Shown: positions 18,461 to 26,829 of the stretch, one piece after another | Layout of the letters: every line of letters starts with the position of its first letter | Position numbering within the stretch: the stretch's first letter is position 1 | Virus record (IMG/VR): IMGVR_UViG_3300027857_000016 | Span: 1 to 64,000 of that record | Source of the DNA: a virus | Direction: 5' to 3' (one strand) | DNA length: 64,000 bases | Program-made: the position numbers and the translations under genes | The notes under the pieces: model-generated | Databases searched by the model: none | Seen by the model: the letters and a program-made list of their open reading frames with translations, nothing else | Told to the model about the DNA's origin: nothing

Positions 18461-18667
18461 ATGGCAATGATAGAGATCAAAGGAGAGACGTATCTACTGG
18501 CGTGTGAGGCAGCGAAAACATTAGGAGTTGCACGGACTACGTTTTATGGGCGATATCGGGAATTGCTTCAGGCATTTAGAATTGGGGCGAGGCGGCGAAT
18601 ACACTATAGGCTATCAGATATAGAGCAATTGAACAAAGCGGAACCGATAGTGGCGCAAGGGGGATGA
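18461..18667 (+). CDS. Small HTH DNA-binding protein (Cro/Xis-like)
   Basis: YLLACEAAKTLGVARTTFY..YRLSDIE; TTGACT-17-TAAACT promoter upstream. Confidence 0.8.
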   Translation: MAMIEIKGETYLLACEAAKTLGVARTTFYGRYRELLQAFRIGARRRIHYRLSDIEQLNKAEPIVAQGG

Positions 18668-18729
18668 GTCCATCTTGCCCATGATACCATTCATACTGTG
18701 AATGCTTTTGCGATAGAAGGAGAGAAACG

Positions 18730-18927
18730 ATGGAAGAAGAAGTGGCGGTGGTCGTGACGGACGATCCACGGCTGGGGCGCTATGCGACGGACTGTGAAGG
18801 GTTTCGTGGGAGGATCAGCACCATTTGGCGATGTTCCGATGGGTCTGAGTTGTTTGAGATCAGCGATGGTGGACATGCTCATGGCGGATTGGAACGAGAT
18901 CAAATCCAGATAGAGGAGGCAGAGTGA
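18730..18927 (+). CDS. Hypothetical protein
   Basis: AAGGAG RBS. Confidence 0.55.
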   Translation: MEEEVAVVVTDDPRLGRYATDCEGFRGRISTIWRCSDGSELFEISDGGHAHGGLERDQIQIEEAE

Positions 18928-19193
18928 TGGAACGAGTAGAGGTTGAGCGACTACTGCAGGAGGCGAGGGAGATTCCTGTTGAGATGGGGCAGGCGAGCGC
19001 CATTAGTCAGGTTCAGGTCGCATTGCAACGTGGGATACCTGGGCAGGAAACGGCTAATGGCGGTGACGATGATCCTGTAGGTGGACCAGAAGGGACCATT
19101 CCTCGGTTTAGCCACCTCTTTGTGGACTGGTGGCGGTCTGGAGGCCCTGTCACCTCAGAATTGGTGGATGAAGTCTGCGCATTGATGCAATGA
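18924..19193 (+). CDS. Hypothetical protein
   Basis: GTGA overlap; GGAGG RBS. Confidence 0.55.
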   Translation: MMERVEVERLLQEAREIPVEMGQASAISQVQVALQRGIPGQETANGGDDDPVGGPEGTIPRFSHLFVDWWRSGGPVTSELVDEVCALMQ

Positions 19194-19249
19194 CAGAAAG
19201 ATGTGGGAGGGAATGGGTATGTGTTTTTTGTAGCGTGTTTGATAGGGCA

Positions 19250-19480
19250 ACACCAGACATCTGGTGAGGATTGAAACTAGCGCGGTCACTAGAGCTTGTC
19301 AATCGGGCACTCAGCGGGTTGATAAGCATGTGGTGAGTGAGCCACGAGTCGTTGTAGTGCGGTTTGTCGTTTGAATCTGTCATGCGGATTTTGTAGGTGT
19401 CGTTCTCGTAGTTTTTGCGCTCTGTGCCAGTGTTGTTACCACTGGCACAGAGCTGACCGCAAACGTGAAAGGCCACGTTC
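19250..19480 (+). ncRNA. Putative structured non-coding element
   Basis: GCGGTCA(19282)/TGACCGC(19454) closing pair, perfect 14-bp stem 19419-19453, further stems rich in G-U pairs. Confidence 0.5.
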
Positions 19481-19807
19481 ATGGCTTCCGCCATAGTAGC
19501 ATCTCCAGTGGATGCGCACAAGCAAATAAGTCAAAGTGTCACCCAATTTCCTACTGTCACTGTATCGTCGTCTCTTCCCGGTCTCACCGTGCTGCATTAC
19601 CCGATACCCGGTGATTCTACACGGGAATGCGTCATTCTTGAGCACAGGGAGCCATTTCATCCAACCCTGGCAACTGGCGTGCGTCGTCTGAGTGGGAAGA
19701 CATCTGCGAAGGCTCGCCGTGTCCCTATGTTGCTCAGTCATGATGGGACTGTCTACTCGTCCAGCGTGTTCGCACCTCTGGGGAGCCAGGTGGAGGTGAG
19801 ACGATGA
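19481..19807 (+). CDS. Hypothetical protein
   Basis: ORF coupled to the next gene. Confidence 0.5.
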   Translation: MASAIVASPVDAHKQISQSVTQFPTVTVSSSLPGLTVLHYPIPGDSTRECVILEHREPFHPTLATGVRRLSGKTSAKARRVPMLLSHDGTVYSSSVFAPLGSQVEVRR

Positions 19808-20013
19808 TGAAAAACACCACGAATGATGAATTGTATATCGTCGTCACTGATGAGAGCACAGAACCGCCAACAACCAGCGAATGGAGTACTGACTGTGCCT
19901 GGTGTCTTGTTGAACAGGGTAGTGAATTAGGCGAGGGTTCACACGGAATATGCTCTCCTCATGCAGAAGCCGTTTATGCTTCCTATCAAGCACGGCATGG
20001 GAGGGCAGCATGA
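19804..20013 (+). CDS. Small zinc-binding protein
   Basis: CAWC...SHGICSPH; GGAGG RBS. Confidence 0.65.
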   Translation: MMKNTTNDELYIVVTDESTEPPTTSEWSTDCAWCLVEQGSELGEGSHGICSPHAEAVYASYQARHGRAA

Positions 20014-20285
20014 GCGAGACAGAAGAGAGGCAAGAGGGGTTGCCTGACTTGACGCCAGTCCAGGTAAGTTGGGAAAGCATCCGTCTCCCTGGTGGAAGTC
20101 GGGTCGTGACCGTCAGGAGTAATCGACCCCTTTTCAGGATGATGGTCATCACGGGGAAGCAGCATACGGAACAGGCAGTCTATCAGGACTCGTTCGGGTA
20201 TGTGGCGACCTTCCAGATCCCAAACGGTGGGAGCGTTGATGGAACGTTCTTCATCATGCCACAGGGGAAGTTGGTGGAGCGATGA
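20010..20285 (+). CDS. Hypothetical protein
   Basis: ATGA overlap; GGAGG RBS. Confidence 0.6.
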   Translation: MSETEERQEGLPDLTPVQVSWESIRLPGGSRVVTVRSNRPLFRMMVITGKQHTEQAVYQDSFGYVATFQIPNGGSVDGTFFIMPQGKLVER

Positions 20286-20557
20286 GCGAGATGGTACCAG
20301 GGACACTCACCATTCACCTCATCCAGGGCGATGTGGACCTGCACGCTATTGGGGTGCCACGGTTCGTAGAAGAAACGGCTTCCTGGGTCAGTTGGACCAT
20401 CACCGGATCTCATCCGTTTGTCATGGGGGATCAGGCAAGCGAGGAGTACAAGGAGGGATATCACGTGGTCCAGCGACTCCTGCCAGTTGATGCTGAGGTG
20501 AAGGTGTTGATCAAGGGGCTTCTTCTTACGGTGCAGAAGGGAGTGGGAAAGGAATGA
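20282..20557 (+). CDS. Hypothetical protein
   Basis: ATGA overlap. Confidence 0.6.
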   Translation: MSEMVPGTLTIHLIQGDVDLHAIGVPRFVEETASWVSWTITGSHPFVMGDQASEEYKEGYHVVQRLLPVDAEVKVLIKGLLLTVQKGVGKE

Positions 20558-20799
20558 GCATTTGGCACTGTCCCTCCTGTACGGGTGTCTGGACGCAGCG
20601 AGGGGTGATCTGGTCTTGTGTGCAAGATCATCCTGAGCAAGAAGACCTGCCAGACTTCTCTACCTGGAGCGGGGAAACACTGAGGTGGCTGTACGACATC
20701 CTGCAGAAGTGGCCGCAGGAGTCTCGCCCTCCGAACGTGCAGGAAACGATCAGGCGGATTGAGCAGGTGATGGATGAGCGGAAGAGAGGGATGTCATGA
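20554..20799 (+). CDS. Hypothetical protein (CxxC)
   Basis: ATGA overlap. Confidence 0.55.
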   Translation: MSIWHCPSCTGVWTQRGVIWSCVQDHPEQEDLPDFSTWSGETLRWLYDILQKWPQESRPPNVQETIRRIEQVMDERKRGMS

Positions 20800-21122
20800 A
20801 TCGGCTTTCTGAAAACTGGGGTGTCTATGGGTGGAAGCTCATTCCTCACCTCATCAGTGATTGTGTCACGGAGATGAACACACGACAGCGGATCAGCATG
20901 GGGGTGCTGATGGTGTTTGTGTATGCTCTGGTTGCAAAAGTGGATTGGGGAGAGTGGCTCCCGCTTATCGGGGTCCTGCTCTGGGTGACGGTGGCATGGA
21001 GTATGTGCCTCATCGGGGAAGGCTGGTCTGTGCATTGTGCCTCTCGCTATGGTGAGTCCGAGTCTCTCACAGACGAGGAAGGTATGGGAACTCTCGATGT
21101 GGAACAGGAGGAGCGGGTGTGA
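20796..21122 (+). CDS. Two-TM membrane protein
   Basis: Two hydrophobic helices; ATGA overlap. Confidence 0.6.
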   Translation: MNRLSENWGVYGWKLIPHLISDCVTEMNTRQRISMGVLMVFVYALVAKVDWGEWLPLIGVLLWVTVAWSMCLIGEGWSVHCASRYGESESLTDEEGMGTLDVEQEERV

Positions 21123-21688
21123 GGAGGAAGCGATGTGTACGGCAGGTTCTGCAGATGTCTCTTTGTCTGGTTGTTCTCTTCTTTGTGATGGTCATGGGTA
21201 CTGCGTGTACGAAGGCAGAGCAACAAACCTTTGGCACCAATGGGGATGGGTTCTATTCAGTGATCGGGGTGCCAACGATCACTGTGTCAAAGATAGATAG
21301 TATTCTCTGTAACGCTGGCAGTCCCGCGTGTGGGACGGGTAAAAGCCTGTATGACCTGGGAGTGCAGTACACCATTAACCCAGTGTACGCACTGGCCTGG
21401 TTTCGTCAGGAGTCAACGTATGGCACCGCTGGCGTAGCACGTTCCACCCATGCGTTGGGCAATATTCAGTGTTCGCATGGATATGCCTGTTATCAAGGGT
21501 TTCGGTCTTACTCGGGTTGGGTGGTAGGCTACGAGGATTGGTACAAACTTATTGCTGGACCGGTTTATGTAGGGTCTGGTCTGACCACGGTGAATGCTAT
21601 TGCACAGAAATATGCTCCATCTGGCAGTAACAACACGATTCAGTATGTCAGGAGTATCGAGTCTTTTGTGGACTCGTGTAGTGCGTAG
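21119..21688 (+). CDS. Secreted glucosaminidase/lysozyme-like peptidoglycan hydrolase
   Basis: Basic N-terminus plus hydrophobic helix; INPVYALAWFRQESTYG (catalytic Glu), GNI, IAQKYAP..N..QYV. Confidence 0.85.
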   Translation: MRRKRCVRQVLQMSLCLVVLFFVMVMGTACTKAEQQTFGTNGDGFYSVIGVPTITVSKIDSILCNAGSPACGTGKSLYDLGVQYTINPVYALAWFRQESTYGTAGVARSTHALGNIQCSHGYACYQGFRSYSGWVVGYEDWYKLIAGPVYVGSGLTTVNAIAQKYAPSGSNNTIQYVRSIESFVDSCSA

Positions 21689-21729
21689 AAACCGTCCTGC
21701 CGGGCTTGACAGGACGGAAAGGAAAAGAT

Positions 21730-22365
21730 ATGAGCGCAGAATTTCGCGGGGCGAAGAAAACCTCGAAACTGGAGGATACCCTGGATGATACGGCTTTCGA
21801 GGCGATCCCTGAACATCCTCCCTATCTCAAGTTTGGCATTGGCGTCTGTGAGTTCCTGTTTGGATTTGTCTGCAATTTCGTGCAGGTGGTGACTTCGACG
21901 ATTGGAATCTTGTCTCTCGTCCTGGGGTCATCCATCGCGCTGGTGGGCCTCACTCATCTCATGGGGGTTTATCCGTATGCTGCTACCATCGCGCTGGTGA
22001 TTGCCTGTGCGATCCAATTGTTCTTGCACAAAAATGCGCAGTCGATGAGCAGCACCTATCAGCGTCTCAGACAGATCCAGCATTTCAATATCAAGAGTGT
22101 GAATGCTCTCTCGGATGTGAAGGAGGCGATCACCGTCAACTCGGTCTACTTTGCACTGGCGCTTGCCGCCGATATCATCAGCGATGCTACCTTTGTCAAT
22201 CTCTATTCACGTAATGCCTATGTCATCGTCGGTTGGATGCTTTTCCTAACCGGATCAAGCACATTGCTCATGTATGATGGCGCGACAAGGGTGTGGGGCG
22301 CGATTGAGGACTTCAAAGACTATGCCGCCTATCATGCGAGGCACGCTGCCAAAGACACGAAATAG
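21730..22365 (+). CDS. Multi-pass membrane protein
   Basis: 4-5 hydrophobic segments. Confidence 0.75.
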   Translation: MSAEFRGAKKTSKLEDTLDDTAFEAIPEHPPYLKFGIGVCEFLFGFVCNFVQVVTSTIGILSLVLGSSIALVGLTHLMGVYPYAATIALVIACAIQLFLHKNAQSMSSTYQRLRQIQHFNIKSVNALSDVKEAITVNSVYFALALAADIISDATFVNLYSRNAYVIVGWMLFLTGSSTLLMYDGATRVWGAIEDFKDYAAYHARHAAKDTK

Positions 22366-22368
22366 GAG

Positions 22369-23997
22369 ATGCTCATGGGCTTTTTATTCCCGTATATCAA
22401 TAGGTTGAGGAACCCAATCTACCTGGTGATCCTGGTGATCCTGGTTGGGTTCCTCGCGTCCCAGTTTTCCGGTTTGGGGATGGACGGTATCACCTATGCA
22501 GTTCTAGGTGCTGCCGCCATTGTTGTGCTCATTCCACTCGTTGGATCTGCGATAAAAACAGGGTGGCACGCCATGATTCATGGGGAGTCTGGTGTGCTTG
22601 ATTTCGCGGTCTCACCAGGCGGATATCGTCGAGCAAGGCAAGCAGAGACAGAAGAGGAGCAGGTCGCGCAATCTATTGTGCAGCCTACTCCCAACCGTCC
22701 ATTTATTATTGATGCTTTGCCATCTGTTGCATCTTCTTCGTCTGTACAGGTTTCTCCGACTGCTGTGGTAAAAGGATCGTCGATGACAGTAGCACCCTAT
22801 CGCGGTGGTCTGCTTGAGACGAAGCTGAACCTTTCTGCTGACTGTAAGCCTCCTATCAACTTTGTGCTTGGTCGGGCGATTCTGGGCGTTGGTCAACGTG
22901 GATCTGGGAAGACGAATCTAGCAGCCCGTCTCATTGAGCAGATTGGGCAGTTCCCTATCCCGATGGCGATCTTCGACTATGAGGAGGACTACCTGACGCT
23001 GCCAGCCCTCTCGAAGGTGAAGCCGAACGTGCTCAACCGTTGCGTCATTGCAGGGAGACCTGATTGGGAGGAAGCGTTCCGCTACCGGGAATACTATTGG
23101 CAGGTGGATACGGAAAATGCTAGAGAAGTGGGCTATGAGATCTTAGAGCAGGGGGTGCAACTCGTTCTAGAGGTTGGGACGTATCTGACCCTGGAAGAGG
23201 GTGCTCGCATCATGACTGAGATCATTCGCGGCATGTTTGACTGGGCCAATGAGCAAGATCCGAAGAAGCGTGTTCCCAATCTGGTCTTGCTCGACGAGGC
23301 ACAGCACTTCCTGCCTCAGAACTCTGGCGTCTCCAATATTCGTGAGGAGGAAGCTGGCGAACTGCTCAAGGCATTCATGGACATCAATGCCCGTGGCCGC
23401 AAGCGTGGATTTACCCCTGCTATCTTCACGCAGCGTATTGCTCAGATCCGCAAAGAGGTGATCGCTGGATCTGAGATCTACTTCCTCATGCGCCAGACGA
23501 TCAGCAATGACCTGCAGGTCTATGAGGGACTATTGGGCAAGGATGACAACAATAAGCAGCGTCTGGACCGGAGGACAGTGCAGGCATTTGAGAAAGGTGA
23601 TGGGATTGTCTTTGAGGGTGGAGAGATGTTCATCACGCACTTCGATGAGCGTGAGTCGGAACATCGCGGGAACACACCGAAGCTGGAGCAGGCCCTCAAC
23701 CGTTACGGGGACAGACCATTGGCACAGCGGTCCAGAAACAAATCACCTCTTGTACCAGATGAAGAGATCGAGGATGAGGATGAACAGGAACTGGAGTGCA
23801 TGCAGTTGGGGAAAGATGTTTTTATCACGATGGACCAGTTTGCTTTAGCGGTCAAGTTGCGCAAAGAAGGTCTCTCAAAGGGGTATCGAGATTTAATGCC
23901 TGTGTTTGAGTTATCAGAGCATCACGCCAAAGAGTTGAACAAGCGTATCCGAGAAGTGTTGGGTCAGGAACCTGAACAAGAGGGCAATGGAGTCTGA
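22369..23997 (+). CDS. Membrane-anchored HerA/FtsK-superfamily ATPase (TraB-like architecture)
   Basis: Two N-terminal TMs; Walker A GQRGSGKT; Walker B LVLLDEAQ; RGRKRG arginine finger; TQR; short C-terminal HTH-like segment. Confidence 0.88.
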   Translation: MLMGFLFPYINRLRNPIYLVILVILVGFLASQFSGLGMDGITYAVLGAAAIVVLIPLVGSAIKTGWHAMIHGESGVLDFAVSPGGYRRARQAETEEEQVAQSIVQPTPNRPFIIDALPSVASSSSVQVSPTAVVKGSSMTVAPYRGGLLETKLNLSADCKPPINFVLGRAILGVGQRGSGKTNLAARLIEQIGQFPIPMAIFDYEEDYLTLPALSKVKPNVLNRCVIAGRPDWEEAFRYREYYWQVDTENAREVGYEILEQGVQLVLEVGTYLTLEEGARIMTEIIRGMFDWANEQDPKKRVPNLVLLDEAQHFLPQNSGVSNIREEEAGELLKAFMDINARGRKRGFTPAIFTQRIAQIRKEVIAGSEIYFLMRQTISNDLQVYEGLLGKDDNNKQRLDRRTVQAFEKGDGIVFEGGEMFITHFDERESEHRGNTPKLEQALNRYGDRPLAQRSRNKSPLVPDEEIEDEDEQELECMQLGKDVFITMDQFALAVKLRKEGLSKGYRDLMPVFELSEHHAKELNKRIREVLGQEPEQEGNGV

Positions 23998-24099
23998 GAG
24001 AGTGAGTGAGAGACTGCGAGGGGACCCCATTTTGTGCTCGGAGAGACTTCTCTCACTCACTCTCGCGCCATTTTCTCTCACTCTCTCAGCACTCTCGCG
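23995..24099. repeat. GAGAG/CTCTC repeat locus (clt-like)
   Basis: Perfect 16-bp inverted repeat 23998-24013/24049-24064; direct repeats TTCTCTCACTC x2 and CACTCTCGCG x2. Confidence 0.8.
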
Positions 24100-24131
24100 G
24101 TACATTAGTCTTTCGAAAGGACTTGTAGGTT

Positions 24132-25463
24132 ATGTCATCAAAGCAGAAAATCATCACGCAGGGACTCTTCTGGGGTGCATTTGGCATCTTTCTCGCGGTG
24201 TCTATCCCGCATATTGCCTGGGTGGTGTTCCAATATACGCCACAGGATGCGTCCGTTTGGGTCTCGGTGGGGTATGGGGCGCTCTCACTGGGCTACGCGA
24301 TAGCCATTGATGGCATCATGGCATGGCTGACCCATGCGCAGAGCAGCCAGAAGCGGGCTTTTTCGCGTGATGCCATCTTCACCTGGATCTTTATCTTCGC
24401 GCTTGTGGCAATGAGTTGGTATCTCAACTGGGTCTATAACGTGGCTCATGACCCATCACACCAGGGCGGAGAGGTCTGGAAGTTCGCTCTCACCAGCCAG
24501 TGGGGGGTTCTCCCTGAAATCACCGTTGGCACGTTTACGCCGTGGCTCCTAGCGGCGCTCCCGGTCTTCACGATTGCCTACGTGGGAGTCCTCAATAATG
24601 TTAACAATATGAAGGAAGAGGCAGCAAAAAGTGTGGAGGATCTGGAGAATGAGGCAAAGGTTGCGGTGCGTCGTGCAACGGCGATGAAGCAGATCAAAGA
24701 TGCGAGATCAAGTGATGATACTGTCGCAAAAGTTGTTGATAATGCTTTCGGTATTGCGGGAAAATTCAAGGAAAATTTGAGGGAGTTTCGTGGCACAAAA
24801 CGAGATCCTGAGATGGAGAAGCAGACAAAGGTTTTACAGATGTTCCGTGATGTTCCCTCCCTTTTAGAACCACAAAACGAAGAGAATGGTGTGGCAACCA
24901 TCAAGGAAATGTTGCGGATAAAGCGAGACGCCGAAGCTCGTTTCTGGTGGCTAAAAGCAAAGACACTTCTTGAACAGAAACAGGCAGAAGAGCAGGAAGA
25001 AAACGTGGCACATTCTGTGGATGATTCGCTGGAAGAAACTTCCACAGGTGAGACCCACAAAAAGACGACGCAGCAGGATGAAGAGAGCACTTCTCACACT
25101 GAAAACAATGCGTCTAAAACATCCACAGCAACACCTGCTTCTACCCGCGCTACAACGCCACTGAGCATCACTATTCAAGAGGCAGCAGCGCAACTCGAAC
25201 TCAGCGAGGCATACATTCGTGAATTGCGCAATAATGGGAAACTTCGCAGTCCAGCACGTAGTAAAAAAATGATCCTGATCAGTAGTCTGAAAACCTATCA
25301 AGAAAGTCGTGCGAAAAAGGAACCAGTAACCGACAAAACAGCATCTATAAAATCGGAACAAAACCACCAACAGAATGGACAAAGTGGTGGGAAGAATGGC
25401 AACGGAAGTGGGTACGATAAGGAGACAGAATCTGTTATGAATTTGCCAATGTATACGGCTTAA
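24132..25463 (+). CDS. SpdB2/DUF2637-like protein: 4 TM, coiled coil, C-terminal HTH
   Basis: VSIPHI..., YAIAIDG, SWYLNW TM motifs; C-terminal ITIQEAAAQLELSEAYIRELRNNGKL. Confidence 0.7.
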   Translation: MSSKQKIITQGLFWGAFGIFLAVSIPHIAWVVFQYTPQDASVWVSVGYGALSLGYAIAIDGIMAWLTHAQSSQKRAFSRDAIFTWIFIFALVAMSWYLNWVYNVAHDPSHQGGEVWKFALTSQWGVLPEITVGTFTPWLLAALPVFTIAYVGVLNNVNNMKEEAAKSVEDLENEAKVAVRRATAMKQIKDARSSDDTVAKVVDNAFGIAGKFKENLREFRGTKRDPEMEKQTKVLQMFRDVPSLLEPQNEENGVATIKEMLRIKRDAEARFWWLKAKTLLEQKQAEEQEENVAHSVDDSLEETSTGETHKKTTQQDEESTSHTENNASKTSTATPASTRATTPLSITIQEAAAQLELSEAYIRELRNNGKLRSPARSKKMILISSLKTYQESRAKKEPVTDKTASIKSEQNHQQNGQSGGKNGNGSGYDKETESVMNLPMYTA

Positions 25464-25480
25464 AGAAAGGGAGTTTTATC

Positions 25481-25681
25481 GTGAGTTCTACCCAATTTCG
25501 TAGTATGTGTGAACTTAGTCTGGTGGCGATTATCATGTCTGGTTTTATCGGGGCATTCCCGCTGTTCAATGGGACCATCATCCCATTTTTGATTGTGTGT
25601 GGACAGGGGATCATCTTCATGGTATGTATCCTAGTCACTGTTCGAGTATGGAAACAACAGAAAAGGAGGCAAGAAGCATGA
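25481..25681 (+). CDS. Small two-TM protein
   Basis: 66 aa, two hydrophobic helices, basic C-terminus; GGGAG RBS. Confidence 0.65.
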   Translation: MSSTQFRSMCELSLVAIIMSGFIGAFPLFNGTIIPFLIVCGQGIIFMVCILVTVRVWKQQKRRQEA

Positions 25682-25717
25682 ACTGGAAAATGGAGCAGTA
25701 GAAACAACTCCTCAGCT

Positions 25718-25759
25718 AGAAAGGCACCTCTCAAAACTCCCTTTGAGAGGTGCCTTTCT
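25718..25759 (+). terminator. 18-bp perfect stem closing the operon
   Basis: AGAAAGGCACCTCTCAAA / TTTGAGAGGTGCCTTTCT. Confidence 0.75.
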
Positions 25760-25956
25760 GGTCATCCACCACCTATCCCCCAACGTATCTTTCGACAAAA
25801 AAGCATTCACAAAATGAGTAGATTTTGAGTAGACATTGTTATTGCAAAGTGACCCATCATTGGTCACAATGTTTGTATATGTCTCGTCGTCCTATTGTTG
25901 AGTTGTCCATATGTTCTAGTGCAGGGAGGCAGTATTAGACAAGAAAGGTTCATGTT

Positions 25957-26220
25957 GTGAATGGTATCCCGCTTCCTGAGTTAACGCAGGCCCTGGAGGA
26001 GTACAAACGCTATGAAGAGGCATTTCGACGAGCCTCTTACTACGGATCTCTCTGTACCTCTTTCCTTCGTGAGCAGTTGCAGATAGCTGAGAAGGTACTA
26101 GATGAATTGTTCATCTCCTTCTATGAGATGAATATCGCCCCTCTTTGGGATGCAAGTCAGAGGTGTTTCTATGGCGTCTCTTTTTGTGAGCGTCAATCTG
26201 TTCGCAGTGTGAAGGGATGA
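25957..26220 (+). CDS. Hypothetical protein
   Basis: AAAGG RBS. Confidence 0.55.
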   Translation: MNGIPLPELTQALEEYKRYEEAFRRASYYGSLCTSFLREQLQIAEKVLDELFISFYEMNIAPLWDASQRCFYGVSFCERQSVRSVKG

Positions 26221-26226
26221 TGGGGA

Positions 26227-26427
26227 ATGAAGATCATGCATGTGTGTGGGGAGTGTCACGAGGCATTTGAGGTGGAACTGCGTGAAGGTGGGCGTGGGTC
26301 CGCTCACTGTTGTCCGGGATGCAGGGTCATCTTACGGGAACGGCGCAAAGAGGTAAATAACCAGCGGTATCATCGCTGGTATAGCAAACATCGGGCAGGG
26401 CATCATGCAGAGGATATCCGTGCTTGA
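26227..26427 (+). CDS. Small zinc-finger protein
   Basis: CGEC...CPGC with basic tail. Confidence 0.6.
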   Translation: MKIMHVCGECHEAFEVELREGGRGSAHCCPGCRVILRERRKEVNNQRYHRWYSKHRAGHHAEDIRA

Positions 26428-26820
26428 CAGTCCTCTTGTCTGAGCGTAGAGTAGGTTTTCATGGTGCGAGGGATATGCTGCCAAAGGAATCCTTTCGTGG
26501 TTGAAATACTCCATAAAGCCTGTTTCTCGCACCTCGTATTGATGACCTCCGTTTCTGAAGACGGGTACACTGAACATGTGTGCGTGTGTGCTTTTCTACC
26601 TCTTCAACTACTTCGTGTTCCATGAGGGCGTTCATCCTATTCCACTTTTCCATCAGACATGCGCACACTTGTTGCATTCATGTTGCGAACTATGTACAAT
26701 AGATAGCAAGAAGCGAGGGTCGTAGGATCATCGGCTGGCTGGAAACCGAGAGAGAAATACTATGAAGTGAAAGTAGATGTCTCTGGCCTTTCCACGTCTT
26801 ACGTCTCGCCTCTTCTCTTA
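26424..26820 (+). ncRNA. Two promoter-led putative structured RNAs
   Basis: TTGACA-17-TAGAGT (26424) and TTGCAT-17-TACAAT (26672), each followed by long closing stems. Confidence 0.45.
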
Positions 26821-26829
26821 GACTGATGA

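Noticed and set aside
19261-19295. Hammerhead ribozyme-like CTGGTGA...GAAAC
   Set aside because: Core is CTGGTGA rather than CTGANGA, there is no stem II, and no NUH triplet follows the putative stem III.
21119-22365. Endolysin-holin lysis cassette
   Set aside because: It lies in an early-type operon with an ATPase and Spd-like genes, far from late genes, and the enzyme has a signal/anchor and no wall-binding domain. Not excluded but less likely; lysis genes may lie beyond the window.
23987-24310. 107-aa ORF spanning the repeat locus
   Set aside because: Low-complexity translation of the DNA repeats; it overlaps 24132-25463 out of frame.
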